A stretch of DNA of 64,000 nucleotides from Eledone cirrhosa. Its lineage: Eukaryota. Shown piece by piece: positions 15,001 through 30,000 of this stretch. The stretch is taken from assembly GCA_964016885.1 (NCBI GenBank), contig OZ024744.1, positions 117,676,001-117,740,000 on the forward strand, in the 5' to 3' direction. Numbering within the stretch: position 1 is the stretch's first letter; each line of letters opens with the position of its first letter. The position numbers were made by a program, and so were the translations under genes. The notes under the pieces are model-generated. The model saw only the letters and a list, made by a program, of their open reading frames with translations, was not told the DNA's origin and did not search any database.

Positions 15001-18000
15001 AAGCCCACATCCCTACTGATATGATAGGTCTGTGGTAGACCCTGTAGCAGTGGAGACTCCCTGTATTCTTGGTCCCCAGCCCACATCCCTACTGATATGA
15101 TAGGTCTGTGGTAGACCCTGTAGCAGTGGAGACTTCCTGTATTCTTGGTCCCCAACCCACATCCCTACTGATATGATAGGTCTGTGGTAGACCCTGTAGC
15201 AGTGGAGACTCCCTGTATTCTTGGTCCCCAGCCCACATCCCTACTGATATGATAGGTTTGTGGTAGAGCCTGTAGCAGTGGAGACTTCCTGTATTCTTGG
15301 TCCCCAACCCACATCCCTACTGATATGATAGGTTTGTGGTAGAGCCTGTAGCAGTGGAGACGTCCTGTGTTCTTGGTCTCCAGGCCACATCCCTACTGAT
15401 ATGATAGGTTTGTGGTAGACCCTGTAGCAGTGGAGACTTCCTGTGTTCTTGGTCCCCAGCCCACATCTCTACTGATATGATAGGTTTGTGGTAGAGCCTG
15501 TAGCAGTGGAGACTCCCTGTGTTCTTGGTCTCCAGGCCACATCCCTACTGATATGATAGGTTTGTGGTAGACCCTGTAGCAGTGGAGACTTCCTGTGTTC
15601 TTGGTCCCCAGCCCACATCCCTACTGATATGATAGGTCTGTGGTAGACCCTGTAGCAGTGGAGACTTCCTGTGTTCTTGGTCCCCAGCCCACATCCCTAC
15701 TGATATGATAGGTCTGTGGTAGACCCTGTAGCAGTGGAGACTTCCTGTGTTCTTGGTCTCCAGGCCACATCCCTACTGATATGATAGGTTTGTGGTAGAC
15801 CCTGTAGTAGTGGAGACTTCCTGTGTTCTTGGTCCCCAGCCCACATCCCTACTGATATGATAGGTCTGTGGTAGACCCTGTAGCAGTGGAGACTTCCTGT
15901 GTTCTTGGTCCCCAACCCACATCCCTACTGATATGATAGGTCTGTGGTAGACCCTGTAGCAGTGGAGACTTCCTGTGTTCTTGGTCTCCAGCCCACATCC
16001 CTACTGATATGATAGGTCTGTGGTAGACCCTGTAGCAGTGGAGACTTCCTGTGTTCTTGGTCTCCAGCCCACATCCCTACTGATATGATAGGTTTGTGGT
16101 AGACCCTGTAGCAATGGAGACTTCCTGTGTTCTTGGTCCCCAACCCACATCCCTACTGATATGATAGGTCTGTGGTAGACCCTTTAGCAGTGGAGACTTC
16201 CTGTGTTCTTGGTCCCCAGCCTTCATCCCTACTGATATTATAGGTTTGTGGTAGAGCCTGTAGCAGTGGAGACTTCCTGTGTTCTTGGTCTCCAGCCCAC
16301 ATCCCTACTGATATGATAGGTCTGTGGTAGACCCTGTAGCAGTGGAGACTTCCTGTGTTCTTGGTCCCCAGCCCACATCTCTACTGATATGATAGGTTTG
16401 TGGTAGACCCTGTAGCAGTGGAGACTTCCTGTATTCTTGGTCCCCAGCCCACATCTCTACTGATATGATAGGTTTGTGGTAGAGCCTGTAGCAGTGGAGA
16501 CTTCCTGTGTTCTTGGTCTCCAGCCCACATCCCTACTGATATGATAGGTCTGTGGTAGACCCTGTAGCAGTGGAGACTTCCTGTGTTCTTGGTCTCCAGC
16601 CCACATCCCTACTGATATGATAGGTCTGTGGTAGACCCTGTAGTAGTGGAAACTTCCTGTGTTCTTGGTCCCCAGCCTTCATCCCTACTGATATTATAGG
16701 TTTGTGGTAGACCCTGTAGCAGTGGAGACTTCCTGTGTTCTTGGTCCCCAACCCACATCCCTACTGATATTATAGGTTTGTGGTAGACCCTGTAGCAGTG
16801 GAGACTTCCTGTGTTCTTGGTCCCCAGCCCACATCCCTACTGATATGATAAATCTGTGGTAGACCCTGTAGCAGTGGAGACTTCCTGTGTTCTTGGTCTC
16901 CAGCCCACATCCCTACTGATATGATAGGTCTGTGGTAGACCCTGTAGTAGTGGAAACTTCCTGTATTCTTGGTCCCCAGCCCACATCCCTACTGATATGA
17001 TAGGTCTGTGGTAGACCCTGTAGTAGTGGAGACTTCCTGTATTCTTGGTCCCCAACCCACATCCCTACTGATGTGATAGGTCTGTGGTAGACCCTGTAGC
17101 AGTGGAGACTTCCTGTATTCTTGGTCCCCAGCCCACATCCCTACTGATGTGATAGGTTTGTGGTAGACCCTGTAGTAGTGGAGACTTCCTGTGTTCTTGG
17201 TCCCCAGCCCACATCCCTACTGATATGATAGGTTTGTGGTAGACCCTGTAGCAGTGGAGACTTCCTGTGTTCTTGGTCCCCAACCCACATCCCTACTGAT
17301 ATGATAGGTCTGTGGTAGACCCTGTAGTAGTGGAGACTTCCTGTATTCTTGGTCCCCAACCCATATCCCTACTGATATGATAGGTCTGTGGTAGACCCTG
17401 TAGTAGTGGAGACTTCCTGTATTCTTGGTCCCCAACCCACATCCCTACTGATGTGATAGGTCTGTGGTAGACCCTGTAGCAGTGGAGACTTCCTGTATTC
17501 TTGGTCCCCAGCCCACATCCCTACTGATGTGATAGGTTTGTGGTAGACCCTGTAGTAGTGGAGACTTCCTGTGTTCTTGGTCCCCAGCCCACATCCCTAC
17601 TGATATGATAGGTTTGTGGTAGACCCTGTAGCAGTGGAGACTTCCTGTGTTCTTGGTCCCCAACCCACATCCCTACATATATGATAGTTTTGTGGTAGAC
17701 CCTGTAGCGGTGGAGACTTCCTGTGTTCTCTGTCCCCAGCCCACATCCCTACTGATATGATAGGTCTGTGGTAGACCCTTTAGCAGTGGAGACTTCCTGT
17801 ATTCTTGGTCCCCAGCCTTCATCCCTACTGATATGATAGGTCTGTGGTAGACCCTGTAGCAGTGGAGACTTCCTGTATTCTTGGTCCCCAGCCCACATCC
17901 CTACTGATATGATAGGTCTGTGGTAGACCCTGTAGCAGTGGAGACTTCCTGTATTCTTGGTCCCCAGCCCACATCCCTACTGATATGATAGGTCTGTGGT

Positions 18001-21000
18001 AGACCCTGTAGCAGTGGAGACTTCCTGTGTTCTTGGTCTCCAGCCCACATCCCTACTGATATTATAGGTTTGTGGTAGAGCCTGTGGCAGTGGAGACTTC
18101 CTGTGTTCTTGGTCTCCAGCCCACATCCCTACTGATATGATAGGTCTGTGGTAGACCCTGTAGCAGTGGAGACTTCCTGTATTCTTGGTCCCCAGCCCAC
18201 ATCCCTACTGATATGAAAGGTTTGTGGTAGACCCTGTAGCAGTGGAGACTTCCTGTATTCTTGGTCTCCAGCCCACATCCCTACTGATATTATAGGTTTG
18301 TGGTAGAGCCTGTAGCAGTTGAGACTTCCTGTGTTCTTGGTCTCCAGCCCACATCCCTACTGATATTATAGGTTTGTGGTAGACCCTGTAGCAGTGGAGA
18401 CTTCCTGTATTCTTGGTCTCTAGGCCACATCCCTACTGATATGAAAGGTTTGTGGTAGACCCTGTAGCAGTGGAGACTTCCTGTATTCTTGGTCTCCAGC
18501 CCACATCCCTACTGATATTATAGGTTTGTGGTAGAGCCTGTAGCAGTGGAGACTTCCTGTGTTCTTGGTCTCCAGCCCACATCCCTACTGATATGATAGG
18601 TTTGTGGTAGACCCTGTAGCAGTGGAGACTTCCTGTATTCTTGGTCTCTAGGCCACATCCCTACTGATATGATAGGTCTGTGGTAGACCCTGTAGCAGTG
18701 GAGACTTCCTGTGTTCTTGGTCTCCAGCCCACATCCCTACTGATATGATAGGTTTGTGGTAGACCCTGTAGCAGTGGAGACTTCCTGTGTTCTTGGTCTC
18801 CAGCACACATCCCTACTGATATTATAGGTCTGTGGTAGACCCTGTAGCAGTGGAGACTCCCTGTATTCTTGGTCTCCAGCCCACATCCCTACTGATATGA
18901 TAGGTCTGTGGTAGACCCTGTAGCAGTGGAGACTTCCTGTATTCTTGGTCTCCAGCCCACATCCCTACTGATATTATAGGTTTGTGGTAGACCCTGTAGC
19001 AGTGGAGACACCCTATATTCTTGGTCCCCAGCCCACATCCCTACTGATATGATAGGTTTGTGGTAGACCCTGTAGTAGTGGAGACTTCCTGTGTTCTTGG
19101 TCCCCAGCCCACATCCTTCTGATATGATAGGTTTGTGGTAGACCCTGTAGCAGTGGAGACTCCCTGTGTTATTGGTCCCCAGACTACATCTCTACTGATA
19201 TGATAGGTCTGTGGTAGACCCTGTGGCAGTGGAGACTTCCTCTGTTCTTGGTCCCCAGCCCACATCCTTCTGATATGATAGGTTTGTGGTAGACCCTGTA
19301 GCAGTGGAGACTTCCTGTATTCTTAGTCCCCAGCCCACATCCCTACTGATATGATAGGTTTGTGGTAGACCCTGTAGCAGTGGAGACTTCCTGTGTTCTT
19401 GGTCTCCAGCCCACATCCTTCTGATATGATAGGTTTGTGGTAGACCCTTTAGCAGTGGAGACTTCCTGTGTTCTTGGTCCCCAGCCCACATCCCTACTGA
19501 AATGAAAGGTTTGTGGTAGACCCTGTAGCAGTGGAGACTCCCTGTATTCTTGGTCCCCAGCCCACATCCCTACTGATATGAAAGGTTTGTGGTAGACCCT
19601 GTAGCAGTGGAGACTTCCTGTATTCTTGGTCCCCAGCCCATATCCCTACTGATATGATAGGTCTGTGGTAGACCCTGTAGCAGTGGAGACTCCCTGTATT
19701 CTTGGTCCCCAGCCCACATCCCTACTGATATGAAAGGTTTGTGGTAGACCCTGTAGCAGTGGAGACTTCCTGTATTCTTGGTCGCCAGCCCATATCCCTA
19801 CTGATATGATAGGTTTGTGGTAGACCCTGTAGCAGTGGAGACTTCCTGTATTCTTGCTCCCCAGCCCATATCCCTACTGATATGATAGGTCTGTGGTAGA
19901 CCCTGTAGCAGTGGAGACTTCCTGTGTTCTTGGTCCCCAGCCCACATCCCTACTGATATGATATGTCTGTGGTAGACCCTGTAGCAGTGGAGACACCCTA
20001 TATTCTTGGTCCCCAGCCCACATCCCTACTGATATGATAGGTTTGTGGTAGACCCTGTAGCAGTGGAGACTTCCTGTGTTCTTGGTCTCCAGCCCACATC
20101 CCTACTGATATGATAGGTTTGTGGTAGACCCTTTAGCAGTGGAGACTTGCGGTGTTCTTGGTCCCCAGCCCACATCCCTACTGATATGATAGGTCTGTGG
20201 TAGACCCTGTAGCAGTGGAGACTTCCTGTATACTTGGTCCCCAGCCCACATCCCTACTGATATGATTGGTCTGTGGTAGACCCTGTAGTAGTGGAAACTT
20301 CCTGTGTTCTTGGTCCCCAGCCCACATCCCTACTGATATGATAGGTCTGTGGTAGACCCTGTAGCAGTGGAGACTTCCTGTGTTCTTGGTCCCCAGCCCA
20401 CATCCCTACTGATATTATAGGTTTGTGGTAGACCCTGTAGCAGTGGAGACTCCCTGTGTTCTTGGTCCCTAGCCCACATCCCTACTGATATGATAGGATT
20501 GTGGTAGACCCTGTAGCAGTGGAGACTTCCTGTATTCTTGGTCGCCAGCCCATATCCCTACTGATATGATAGGTTTGTGGTAGACCCTGTAGCAGTGGAG
20601 ACTTCCTGTATTCTTGCTCCCCAGCCCATATCCCTACTGATATGATAGGTCTGTGGTAGACCCTGTAGCAGTGGAGACTTCCTGTGTTCTTGGTCCCCAG
20701 CCCACATCCCTACTGATATGATATGTCTGTGGTAGACCCTGTAGCAGTGGAGACACCCTATATTCTTGGTCCCCAGCCCACATCCCTACTGATATGATAG
20801 GTTTGTGGTAGACCCTGTAGCAGTGGAGACTTCCTGTGTTCTTGGTCTCCAGCCCACATCCCTACTGATATGATAGGTTTGTGGTAGACCCTTTAGCAGT
20901 GGAGACTTGCGGTGTTCTTGGTCCCCAGCCCACATCCCTACTGATATGATAGGTCTGTGGTAGACCCTGTAGCAGTGGAGACTTCCTGTATACTTGGTCC

Positions 21001-24000
21001 CCAGCCCACATCCCTACTGATATGATTGGTCTGTGGTAGACCCTGTAGTAGTGGAAACTTCCTGTGTTCTTGGTCCCCAGCCCACATCCCTACTGATATG
21101 ATAGGTCTGTGGTAGACCCTGTAGCAGTGGAGACTTCCTGTGTTCTTGGTCCCCAGCCCACATCCCTACTGATATTATAGGTTTGTGGTAGACCCTGTAG
21201 CAGTGGAGACTCCCTGTGTTCTTGGTCCCTAGCCCACATCCCTACTGATATGATAGGATTGTGGTAGACCCTGTAGCAGTGAAGACTTCCTGTATTCTTG
21301 GTCCCCAGCCCACATCCCTACTGATATGATAGGTTTGTGGTAGACTCTGTAGTAGTGGAGACTTCCTGTGTTCTTGGTCCCCAGCCCACATCCCTACTGA
21401 TATGATAGGTTTGTGGTAGACCCTGTAGCAGTGGAGACTCCCTGTGTTATTGGTCCCCAGACTACATCCCTACTGATATGATAGGTTTGTGGTAGACCCT
21501 GCAGCAGTGGAGACTCCCTGTGTTATTGGTCTCCAGCCCAAATCCCCACTGATATGATAGGTTTGTGGTAGACCCTGTAGCAGTGGAGACTTCCTGTGTT
21601 CTTGGTCCCCAACCCACATCCATCCCTACTGATATGATAGGTTTGTGGTAGACCCTGTAGCAGTGGAGACTTCCTTTGTTCTTGGTCCCCAGCCCACATC
21701 CTTCTGATATGATAGGTTTGTGGTAGACCCTGTAGCAGTGGAGACTTCCTGTATTCTTGGTCCCCAGCCCACATCCCTACAGATATGATAGGTTTGTGGT
21801 AGACCCTGTAGCAGTGGAGACTTGCTGTGTTCTTGGTCCCCAGCCCACATCCCTACTGATATGAAAGGTTTGTGGTAGACCCTGTAGCAGTGGAGACTCC
21901 CTGTATTCTTGGTCCCCAGCCCACATCCCTACTGATATGAAAGGTTTGTGGTAGACCCTGTAGCAGTGGAGACTTCCTGTATTCTTGGTCCCCAGCCCAC
22001 ATCCCTACTGATATGATAGGTTTGTGGTAGAGCCTGTGGCAGTGGAGACTTCCTGTGTTCTTGGTCCCCAGCCCACATCCTTCTGATATGATAGGTTTGT
22101 GGTAGACCCTTTAGCAGTGGAGACTTCCTGTGTTCTTGGTCCCCAGCCCACTTCCCTACTGATATGAAAGGTTTGTGGTAGACCCTGTAGCAGTGGAGAC
22201 TTCCTGTATACTTGGTCCCCAGCCCACATCCCTACTGATATGATTGGTCTGTGGTAGACCCTGTAGCAGAGGAGACTTCCTGTGTTCTTGGTCCCCAGCC
22301 CACATCCCTACTGATATGATAGGTCTGTGGTAGACCCTGTAGCAGTGGAGACTTCCTGTATTCTTGGTCCCCAACCCACATCCCTACTGATATGATAGGT
22401 TTGTGGTAGACCCTGTAGCAGTGGAGACTCCCTGTATTCTTGGTCCCCAGCCCACATCCCTACTGATATGATAGTTTTGTGGTAGACCCTGTAGCAGTGG
22501 AGACTCCCTGTGTTATTGGTCCCCAGACTACATCCCTACTGATATGATAGGTTTGTGGTAGACCCTGCAGCAGTGGAGACTCCCTGTGTTATTGGTCTCC
22601 AGCCCACATCTCTACTGATATGATAGGTCTGTGGTAGACCCTGTGGCAGTGGAGACTTCCTCTGTTCTTGGTCCCCAGCCCACATCCCTACTGATATGAT
22701 AGTTTTGTGGTAGACCCTGTAGCAGTGGAGACTTCCGTTGTTCTTGGTCCCCAGCCCACATCCCTACTGATATGATAGGTCTGTGGTAGACTCTGTAGTA
22801 GTGGAGACTTCCTGTGTTCTTGGTCTCCAGCCCACATCTCTACTGATATGATAGGTCTGTGGTAGACCCTGTGGCAGTGGAGACTTCCTCTGTTCTTGGT
22901 CCCCAGCCCACATCCTTCTGATATGATAGGTTTGTGGTAGACCCTGTAGCAGTGGAGACACCCTATATTCTTGGTCCCCAGCCCACATCCCTACTGATAT
23001 GATAGGTTTGTGGTAGACCCTGTAGCAGTGGAGACTTCCTGTGTTCTTGGTCCCCAGCCCACTTCCCTACTGATATGAAAGGTTTGTGGTAGACCCTGTA
23101 GCAGTGGAGACTTCCTGTATTCTTGGTCCCCAGCCCACATCCCTACTGATGTGATAGGTTTGTGGTAGACCCTGTAGCAGTGGAGACTTCCTGTGTTCTT
23201 GGTCCCCAGCCCACATCCCTACTGATATGATAGGTCTGTGGTAGACCCTGTAGCAGTGGAGACTTCCTGTGTTCTTGGTCCCCAGCCCACATCCCTACTG
23301 ATATGATAGGTCTGTGGTAGACCCTGTAGCAGTGGAGACTTCCTGTGTTCTTGGTCCCCAGCCCACACCCCTACTGATATGATAGGTCTGTGGTAGACCC
23401 TGTAGCAGTGGGGACTTCCTGTGTTCTTGGTCCCCAGCCCACATCCCTACTGATATGAAAGGTTTGTGGTAGACCCTGTAGCAGTGGAGACTTCCTGTGT
23501 TCTTGGTCCCCAGCCCACATCCCTACTGATATGATAGGTCTGTGGTAGACCCTGTAGCAGTGGAGACTTCCTGTGTTCTTGGTCTCCAGCCCACACCCCT
23601 ACTGATATGATAGGTCTGTAGTAGAGCCTGTAGCAGTGGAGACTTCCTGTGTTCTTGGTCCCCAGCCCACATCCCTACTGATATGAAAGGTTTGTGGTAG
23701 ACCCTGTAGCAGTGGAGACTTCCTGTGTTCTTGGTCTCCAGCCCACACCCCTACTGATATGATAGGTTTGTGGTAGACCCTGTAGCAGTGGAGACTTCCT
23801 GTGTTCTTGGTCTCCAGGCCACATCCCTACTGATATGATAGGTCTGTAGTAGAGCCTGTAGCAGTGGAGACTTCCTGTGTTCTTGGTCCCCAGCCCACAT
23901 CCCTACTGATATGATAGGTCTGTGGTAGACCCTGTAGCAGTGGAGACTTCCTGTGTTCTTGGTCTCCAGCCCACATCCCTACTGATATGATAGGTTTGTG

Positions 24001-27000
24001 GTAGACCCTGTAGCAGTGGAGACTCCCTGTATTCTTGGTCCCCAGCCCACATCCCTACTGATATGATAGGTCTGTGGTAGACCCTGTAGCAGTGGAGACT
24101 TCCTGTGTTATTGGTCTCCAGCCCACATCCCTACTGATATGATAGGTTTGTGGTAGACCCTGTAGCAGTGGAGACTCCCTGTATTCTTGGTCCCCAGCCC
24201 ACATCCCTACTGATATGATAGGTCTGTGGTAGACCCTGTAGCAGTGGAGACTTCCTGTGTTATTGGTCTCCAGCCCACATCCCTACTGATATGATAGGTT
24301 TGTGGTAGACCCTGTAGCAGTGGAGACTCCCTGTATTCTTGGTCCCCAGCCCACATCCCTACTGATATGATAGGTCTGTGGTAGACCCTGTAGCAGTGGA
24401 GACTTCCTGTGTTATTGGTCTCCAGCCCACATCCCTACTGATATGATAGGTCTGTGGTAGACCCTGTAGCAGTGGAGACTTCCTGTGTTCTTGGTCTCCA
24501 GCCCACATCCCTACTGATATGATAGGTTTGTGGTAGACCCTGTAGCAGTGGAGACTCCCTGTATTCTTGGTCCCCAGCCCACATCCCTACTGATATGATA
24601 GGTCTGTGGTAGACCCTGTAGCAGTGGAGACTTCCTGTGTTATTGGTCTCCAGCCCACATCCCTACTGATATGATAGGTCTGTGGTAGACCCTGTAGCAG
24701 TGGAGACTTCCTGTGTTCTTGGTCTCCAGCCCACATCCCTACTGATATGATAGGTTTGTGGTAGACCCTGTAGCAGTGGAGACTCCCTGTATTCTTGGTC
24801 CCCAGCCCACATCCCTACTGATATGATAGGTCTGTGGTAGACCCTGTAGCAGTGGAGACTTCCTGTGTTATTGGTCTCCAGCCCACATCCCTACTGATAT
24901 GATAGGTCTGTGGTAGACACTGTGGCAGTGGAGACTTCCTGTGTTCTTGGTCCCCAGCCCACACCCCTACTGATATGATAGGTCTGTGGTAGACCCTGTA
25001 GCAGTGGAGACTTCCTGTGTTCTTGGTCCCCAGCCCACACCCCTACTGATATGATAGGTCTGTGGTAGACCCTGTAGCAGTGGAGACTTCCTGTGTTCTT
25101 GGTCCCCAGCCCACACCCCTACTGATATGATAGGTCTGTGGTAGACCCTGTAGCAGTGGAGACTTCCTGTGTTCTTGGTCCCCAGCCCACACCCCTACTG
25201 ATATGATAGGTCTGTGGTAGACCCTGTAGCAGTGGAGACTTCCTGTGTTCTTGGTCCCCAGCCCACATCCCTACTGATGTGATAGGTTTGTGGTAGACCC
25301 TGTAGCAGTGGAGACTTCCTGTGTTCTTGGTCCCCAGCCCACATCCCTACTGATATGATAGGTCTGTGGTAGACCCTGTAGCAGTGGAGACTTCCTGTAT
25401 TCTTGGTCCCCAGCCCACATCCTTCTGATATGATAGGTCTGTGGTAGACCCTGTAGCAGTGGAGACTTCCTGTGTTCTTGGTCCCCAGCCCACATCCCTA
25501 CTGATATGATAGGTTTGTGGTAGACCCTGTAGCAGTGGAGACTTCCTGTGTTCTTGGTCCCCAGCCCACATCCCTACTGATATGATATGTCTGTGGTAGA
25601 CCCTGTAGCAGTGGAGACTTCCTGTGTTCTTGGTCTCCAGCCCACATCCCTACTGATATGATAGGTCTGTGGTAGACCCTGTAGCAGTGGAGACTCCCTG
25701 TGTTATTGGTCCCCAGACTACATCCCTACTGATATGATAGGTTTGTGGTAGACCCTGTAGCAGTGGAGACTCCCTGTATTCTTGGTCTCCAGCCCACATC
25801 CCTACTGATATGATAGGTTTGTGGTAGACCCTGTAGCAGTGGAGACTTCCTGTGTTCTTGGTCCCCAACCCACATCCCTACTGATATGATAGGTTTGTGG
25901 TAGACCCTGTAGCAGTGCAGACTTCCTTTGTTCTTGGTCCCCAGCCCACATCCTTCTGATATGATAGGTTTGTGGTAGACCCTGTAGCAGTGGAGACTTG
26001 CTGTGTTCTTGGTCCCCAGCCCACATCCCTACTGATATGAAAGGTTTGTGGTAGACCCTGTAGCAGTGGAGACTCCCTGTATTCTTGGTCCCCAGCCCAC
26101 ATCCCTACTGATATGAAAGGTTTGTGGTAGACCCTGTAGCAGTGGAGACTTCCTGTGTTCTTGGTCCCCAGCCCACATCCCTACTGATATGAAAGGTTTG
26201 TGGTAGACCCTGTAGCAGTGGAGACTTCCTGTGTTCTTGGTCCCCAGCCCACATCCCTACTGATATGATAGGTTTGTGGTAGACCCTGTAGCAGTGGAGA
26301 CTTCCTGTGTTCTTGGTCCCCAGCCCACATCCCTACTGATATGAAAGGTTTGTGGTAGACCCTGTAGCAGTGGAGACTTCCTGTATTCTTGGTCCCCAGC
26401 CCACATCCCTACTGATATGATAGGTTTGTGGTAGAGCCTGTGGCAGTGGAGACTTCCTGTATTCTTGGTCCCCAGCCCACATCCCTACTGATATGAAAGG
26501 TTTGTGGTAGACCCTGTAGCAGTGGAGACTCCCTGTATTCTTGGTCCCCAGCCCACATCCCTACTGATATGAAAGGTTTGTGGTAGACCCTGTAGCAGTG
26601 GAGACTTCCTGTATTCTTGGTCCCCAGCCCATATCCCTACTGATATGATAGGTCTGTGGTAGACCCTGTAGCAGTGGAGACTCCCTGTATTCTTGGTCCC
26701 CAGCCCACATCCCTACTGATATGAAAGGTTTGTGGTAGACCCTGTAGCAGTGGAGACTTCCTGTATTCTTGGTCGCCAGCCCATATCCCTACTGATATGA
26801 TAGGTTTGTGGTAGACCCTGTAGCAGTGGAGACTCCCTGTATTCTTGGTCCCCAGCCCACATCCCTACTGATATGAAAGGTTTGTGGTAGACCCTGTAGC
26901 AGTGGAGACTTCCTGTATTCTTAGTCCCCAGCCCACATCCCTACTGATATGATAGGTTTGTGGTAGACCCTGTAGCAGTGGAGACTTCCTGTGTTCTTGG

Positions 27001-30000
27001 TCCCCAGCCCACATCCCTACTGATATGAAAGGTTTGTGGTAGACCCTGTAGCAGTGGAGACTTCCTGTATTCTTGGTCCCCAGCCCATATCCCTACTGAT
27101 ATGATAGGTCTGTGGTAGACCCTGTAGCAGTGGAGACTCCCTGTATTCTTGGTCCCCAGCCCACATCCCTACTGATATGAAAGGTTTGTGGTAGACCCTG
27201 TAGCAGTGGAGACTTCCTGTATTCTTGGTCGCCAGCCCATATCCCTACTGATATGATAGGTTTGTGGTAGACCCTGTAGCAGTGGAGACTTCCTGTATTC
27301 TTGGTCCCCAGCCCATATCCCTACTGATTTGATAGGTCTGTGGTAGACCCTGTAGCAGTGGAGACACCCTATATTCTTGGTCCCCAGCCCACATCCCTAC
27401 TGATATGATAGGTTTGTGGTAGACCCTGTAGCAGTGGAGACTTCCTGTGTTCTTGGTCTCCAGCCCACATCCCTACTGATATGATAGGTCTGTGGTAGAC
27501 CCTTTAGCAGTGGAGACTTGCGGTGTTCTTGGTCCCCAGCCCACATCCCTACTGATATGATAGGTCTGTGGTAGACCCTGTAGCAGTGGAGACTTCCTGT
27601 ATACTTGGTCCCCAGCCCACATCCCTACTGATATGATTGGTCTGTGGTAGACCCTGTAGTAGTGGAAACTTCCTGTGTTCTTGGTCCCCAGCCCACATCC
27701 CTACTGATATGATAGGTCTGTGGTAGACCCTGTAGCAGTGGAGACTTCCTGTGTTCTTGGTCCCCAGCCCACATCCCTACTGATATTATAGGTTTGTGGT
27801 AGACCCTGTAGCAGTGGAGACTCCCTGTGTTCTTGGTCCCCAGCCCACATCCCTACTGATATGAAAGATTTGTGGTAGACCCTGTAGCAGTGGAGACTCC
27901 CTGTATTCTTGGTCCCCAGCCCACATCCCTACTGATATGAAAGGTTTGTGGTAGACCCTGTAGCAGTGGAGACTTCCTGTATTCTTGGTCGCCAGCCCAT
28001 ATCCCTACTGATATGATAGGTTTGTGGTAGACCCTGTAGCAGTGGAGACTCCCTGTATTCTTGGTCCCCAGCTCACATCCCTACTGATATGAAAGGTTTG
28101 TGGTAGACCCTGTAGCAGTGGAGACTTCCTGTATTCTTGGTCCCCAGCCCATATCCCTACTGATATGATAGGTCTGTGGTAGACCCTGTAGCAGTGGAGA
28201 CTTCCTGTGTTCTTGGTCCCCAACCCACATCCCTACTGATATGATATGTCTGTGGTAGACCCTGTAGCAGTGGAGACTTCCTGTGTTATTGGTCCCCAGC
28301 CCACATCCCTACTGATATGATAGGTCTGTGGTAGACCCTTTAGCAGTGGAGACTTCCTGTGTTCTTGGTCCCCAGCCTTCATCCCTACTGATATGATATG
28401 TCTGTGGTAGACCCTGTAGCAGTGGAGACACCCTATATTCTTGGTCCCCAGCCCACATCCCTACTGATATGATAGGTTTGTGGTAGACCCTGTAGCAGTG
28501 GAGACTTCCTGTGTTCTTGGTCTCCAGCCCACATCCCTACTGATATGATAGGTCTGTGGTAGACCCTTTAGCAGTGGAGACTTGCTGTGTTATTGGTCCC
28601 CAGCCCACATCCCTACTGATATGATAGGTCTGTGGTAGACCCTGTAGCAGTGGAGACTTCCTGTATACTTGGTCCCCAGCCCACATCCCTACTGATATGA
28701 TAGGTCTGTGGTAGACCCTGTAGCAGTGGAGACTTCCTGTGTTCTTGGTCCCCAGCCCACATCCCTACTGATATGATAGGTCTGTGGTAGACCCTGTAGC
28801 AGTGGAGACTTCCTGTGTTCTTGGTCCCCAGCCCACATCCCTACTGATATTATAGGTTTGTGGTAGACCCTGTAGCAGTGGAGACTCCCTGTGTTCTTGG
28901 TCCCTAGCCCAAATCCCTACTGATATTATAGGTTTGTGGTAGACCCTGTAGCAGTGGAGACTCCCTGTGTTCTTGGTCCCTAGCCCAAATCCCTACTGAT
29001 ATGATAGGATTGTGGTAGACCCTGTAGCAGTGGAGACTTCCTGTGTTTCTGGCCCCCAGCCCACATCCCTACTGATATGATAGGTTTGTGGTAGACCCTG
29101 TAGTAGTGGAGACTTCCTGTGTTCTTGGTCCCCAGCCCACATCCCTACTGATATGATAGGTTTGTGGTAGACCCTGTGGCAGTGGAGACTTCCGTTGTTC
29201 TTGGTCCCCAGCCCACATCCCTACTGATATGATAGGTCTGTGGTAGACCCTGTAGCAGTGGAGACTTCCGTTGTTCTTGGTCCCCAGCCCACATCCCTAC
29301 TGATATGATAGGTCTGTGGTAGACTCTGTAGTAGTGGAGACTTCCTGTGTTCTTGGTCTCCAGCCCACATCTCTACTGATATGATAGGTCTGTGGTAGAC
29401 CCTGTGGCAGTGGAGACTTCCTCTGTTCTTGGTCCCCAGCCCACATCCCTACTGATATGATAGGTTTGTGGTAGACCCTGTAGCAGTGGAGACTTCCTGT
29501 GTTCTTGGTCTCCAGCCCACATCCCTACTGATATGATAGGTTTGTGGTAGAGCCTGTGGCAGTGGAGACTTCCTGTGTTCTTGGTCCCCAGACCACATCC
29601 TTCTGATATGATAGGTTTGTGGTAGACCCTTTAGCAGTGGAGACTTCCTGTGTTCTTGGTCCCCAGCCCACATCCCTACTGAAATGAAAGGTTTGTGGTA
29701 GACCCTGTAGCAGTGGAGACTCCCTGTATTCTTGGTCCCCAGCCCACATCCCTACTGATATGAAAGGTTTGTGGTAGACCCTGTAGCAGTGGAGACTTCC
29801 TGTATTCTTGGTCCCCAGCCCATATCCCTACTGATATGATAGGTCTGTGGTAGACCCTGTAGCAGTGGAGACTTCCTGTGTTCTTGGTCCCCAGCCCACA
29901 TCCCTACTGATATGATATGTCTGTGGTAGACCCTGTAGCAGTGGAGACACCCTATATTCTTGGTCCCCAGCCCACATCCCTACTGATATGATAGGTTTGT

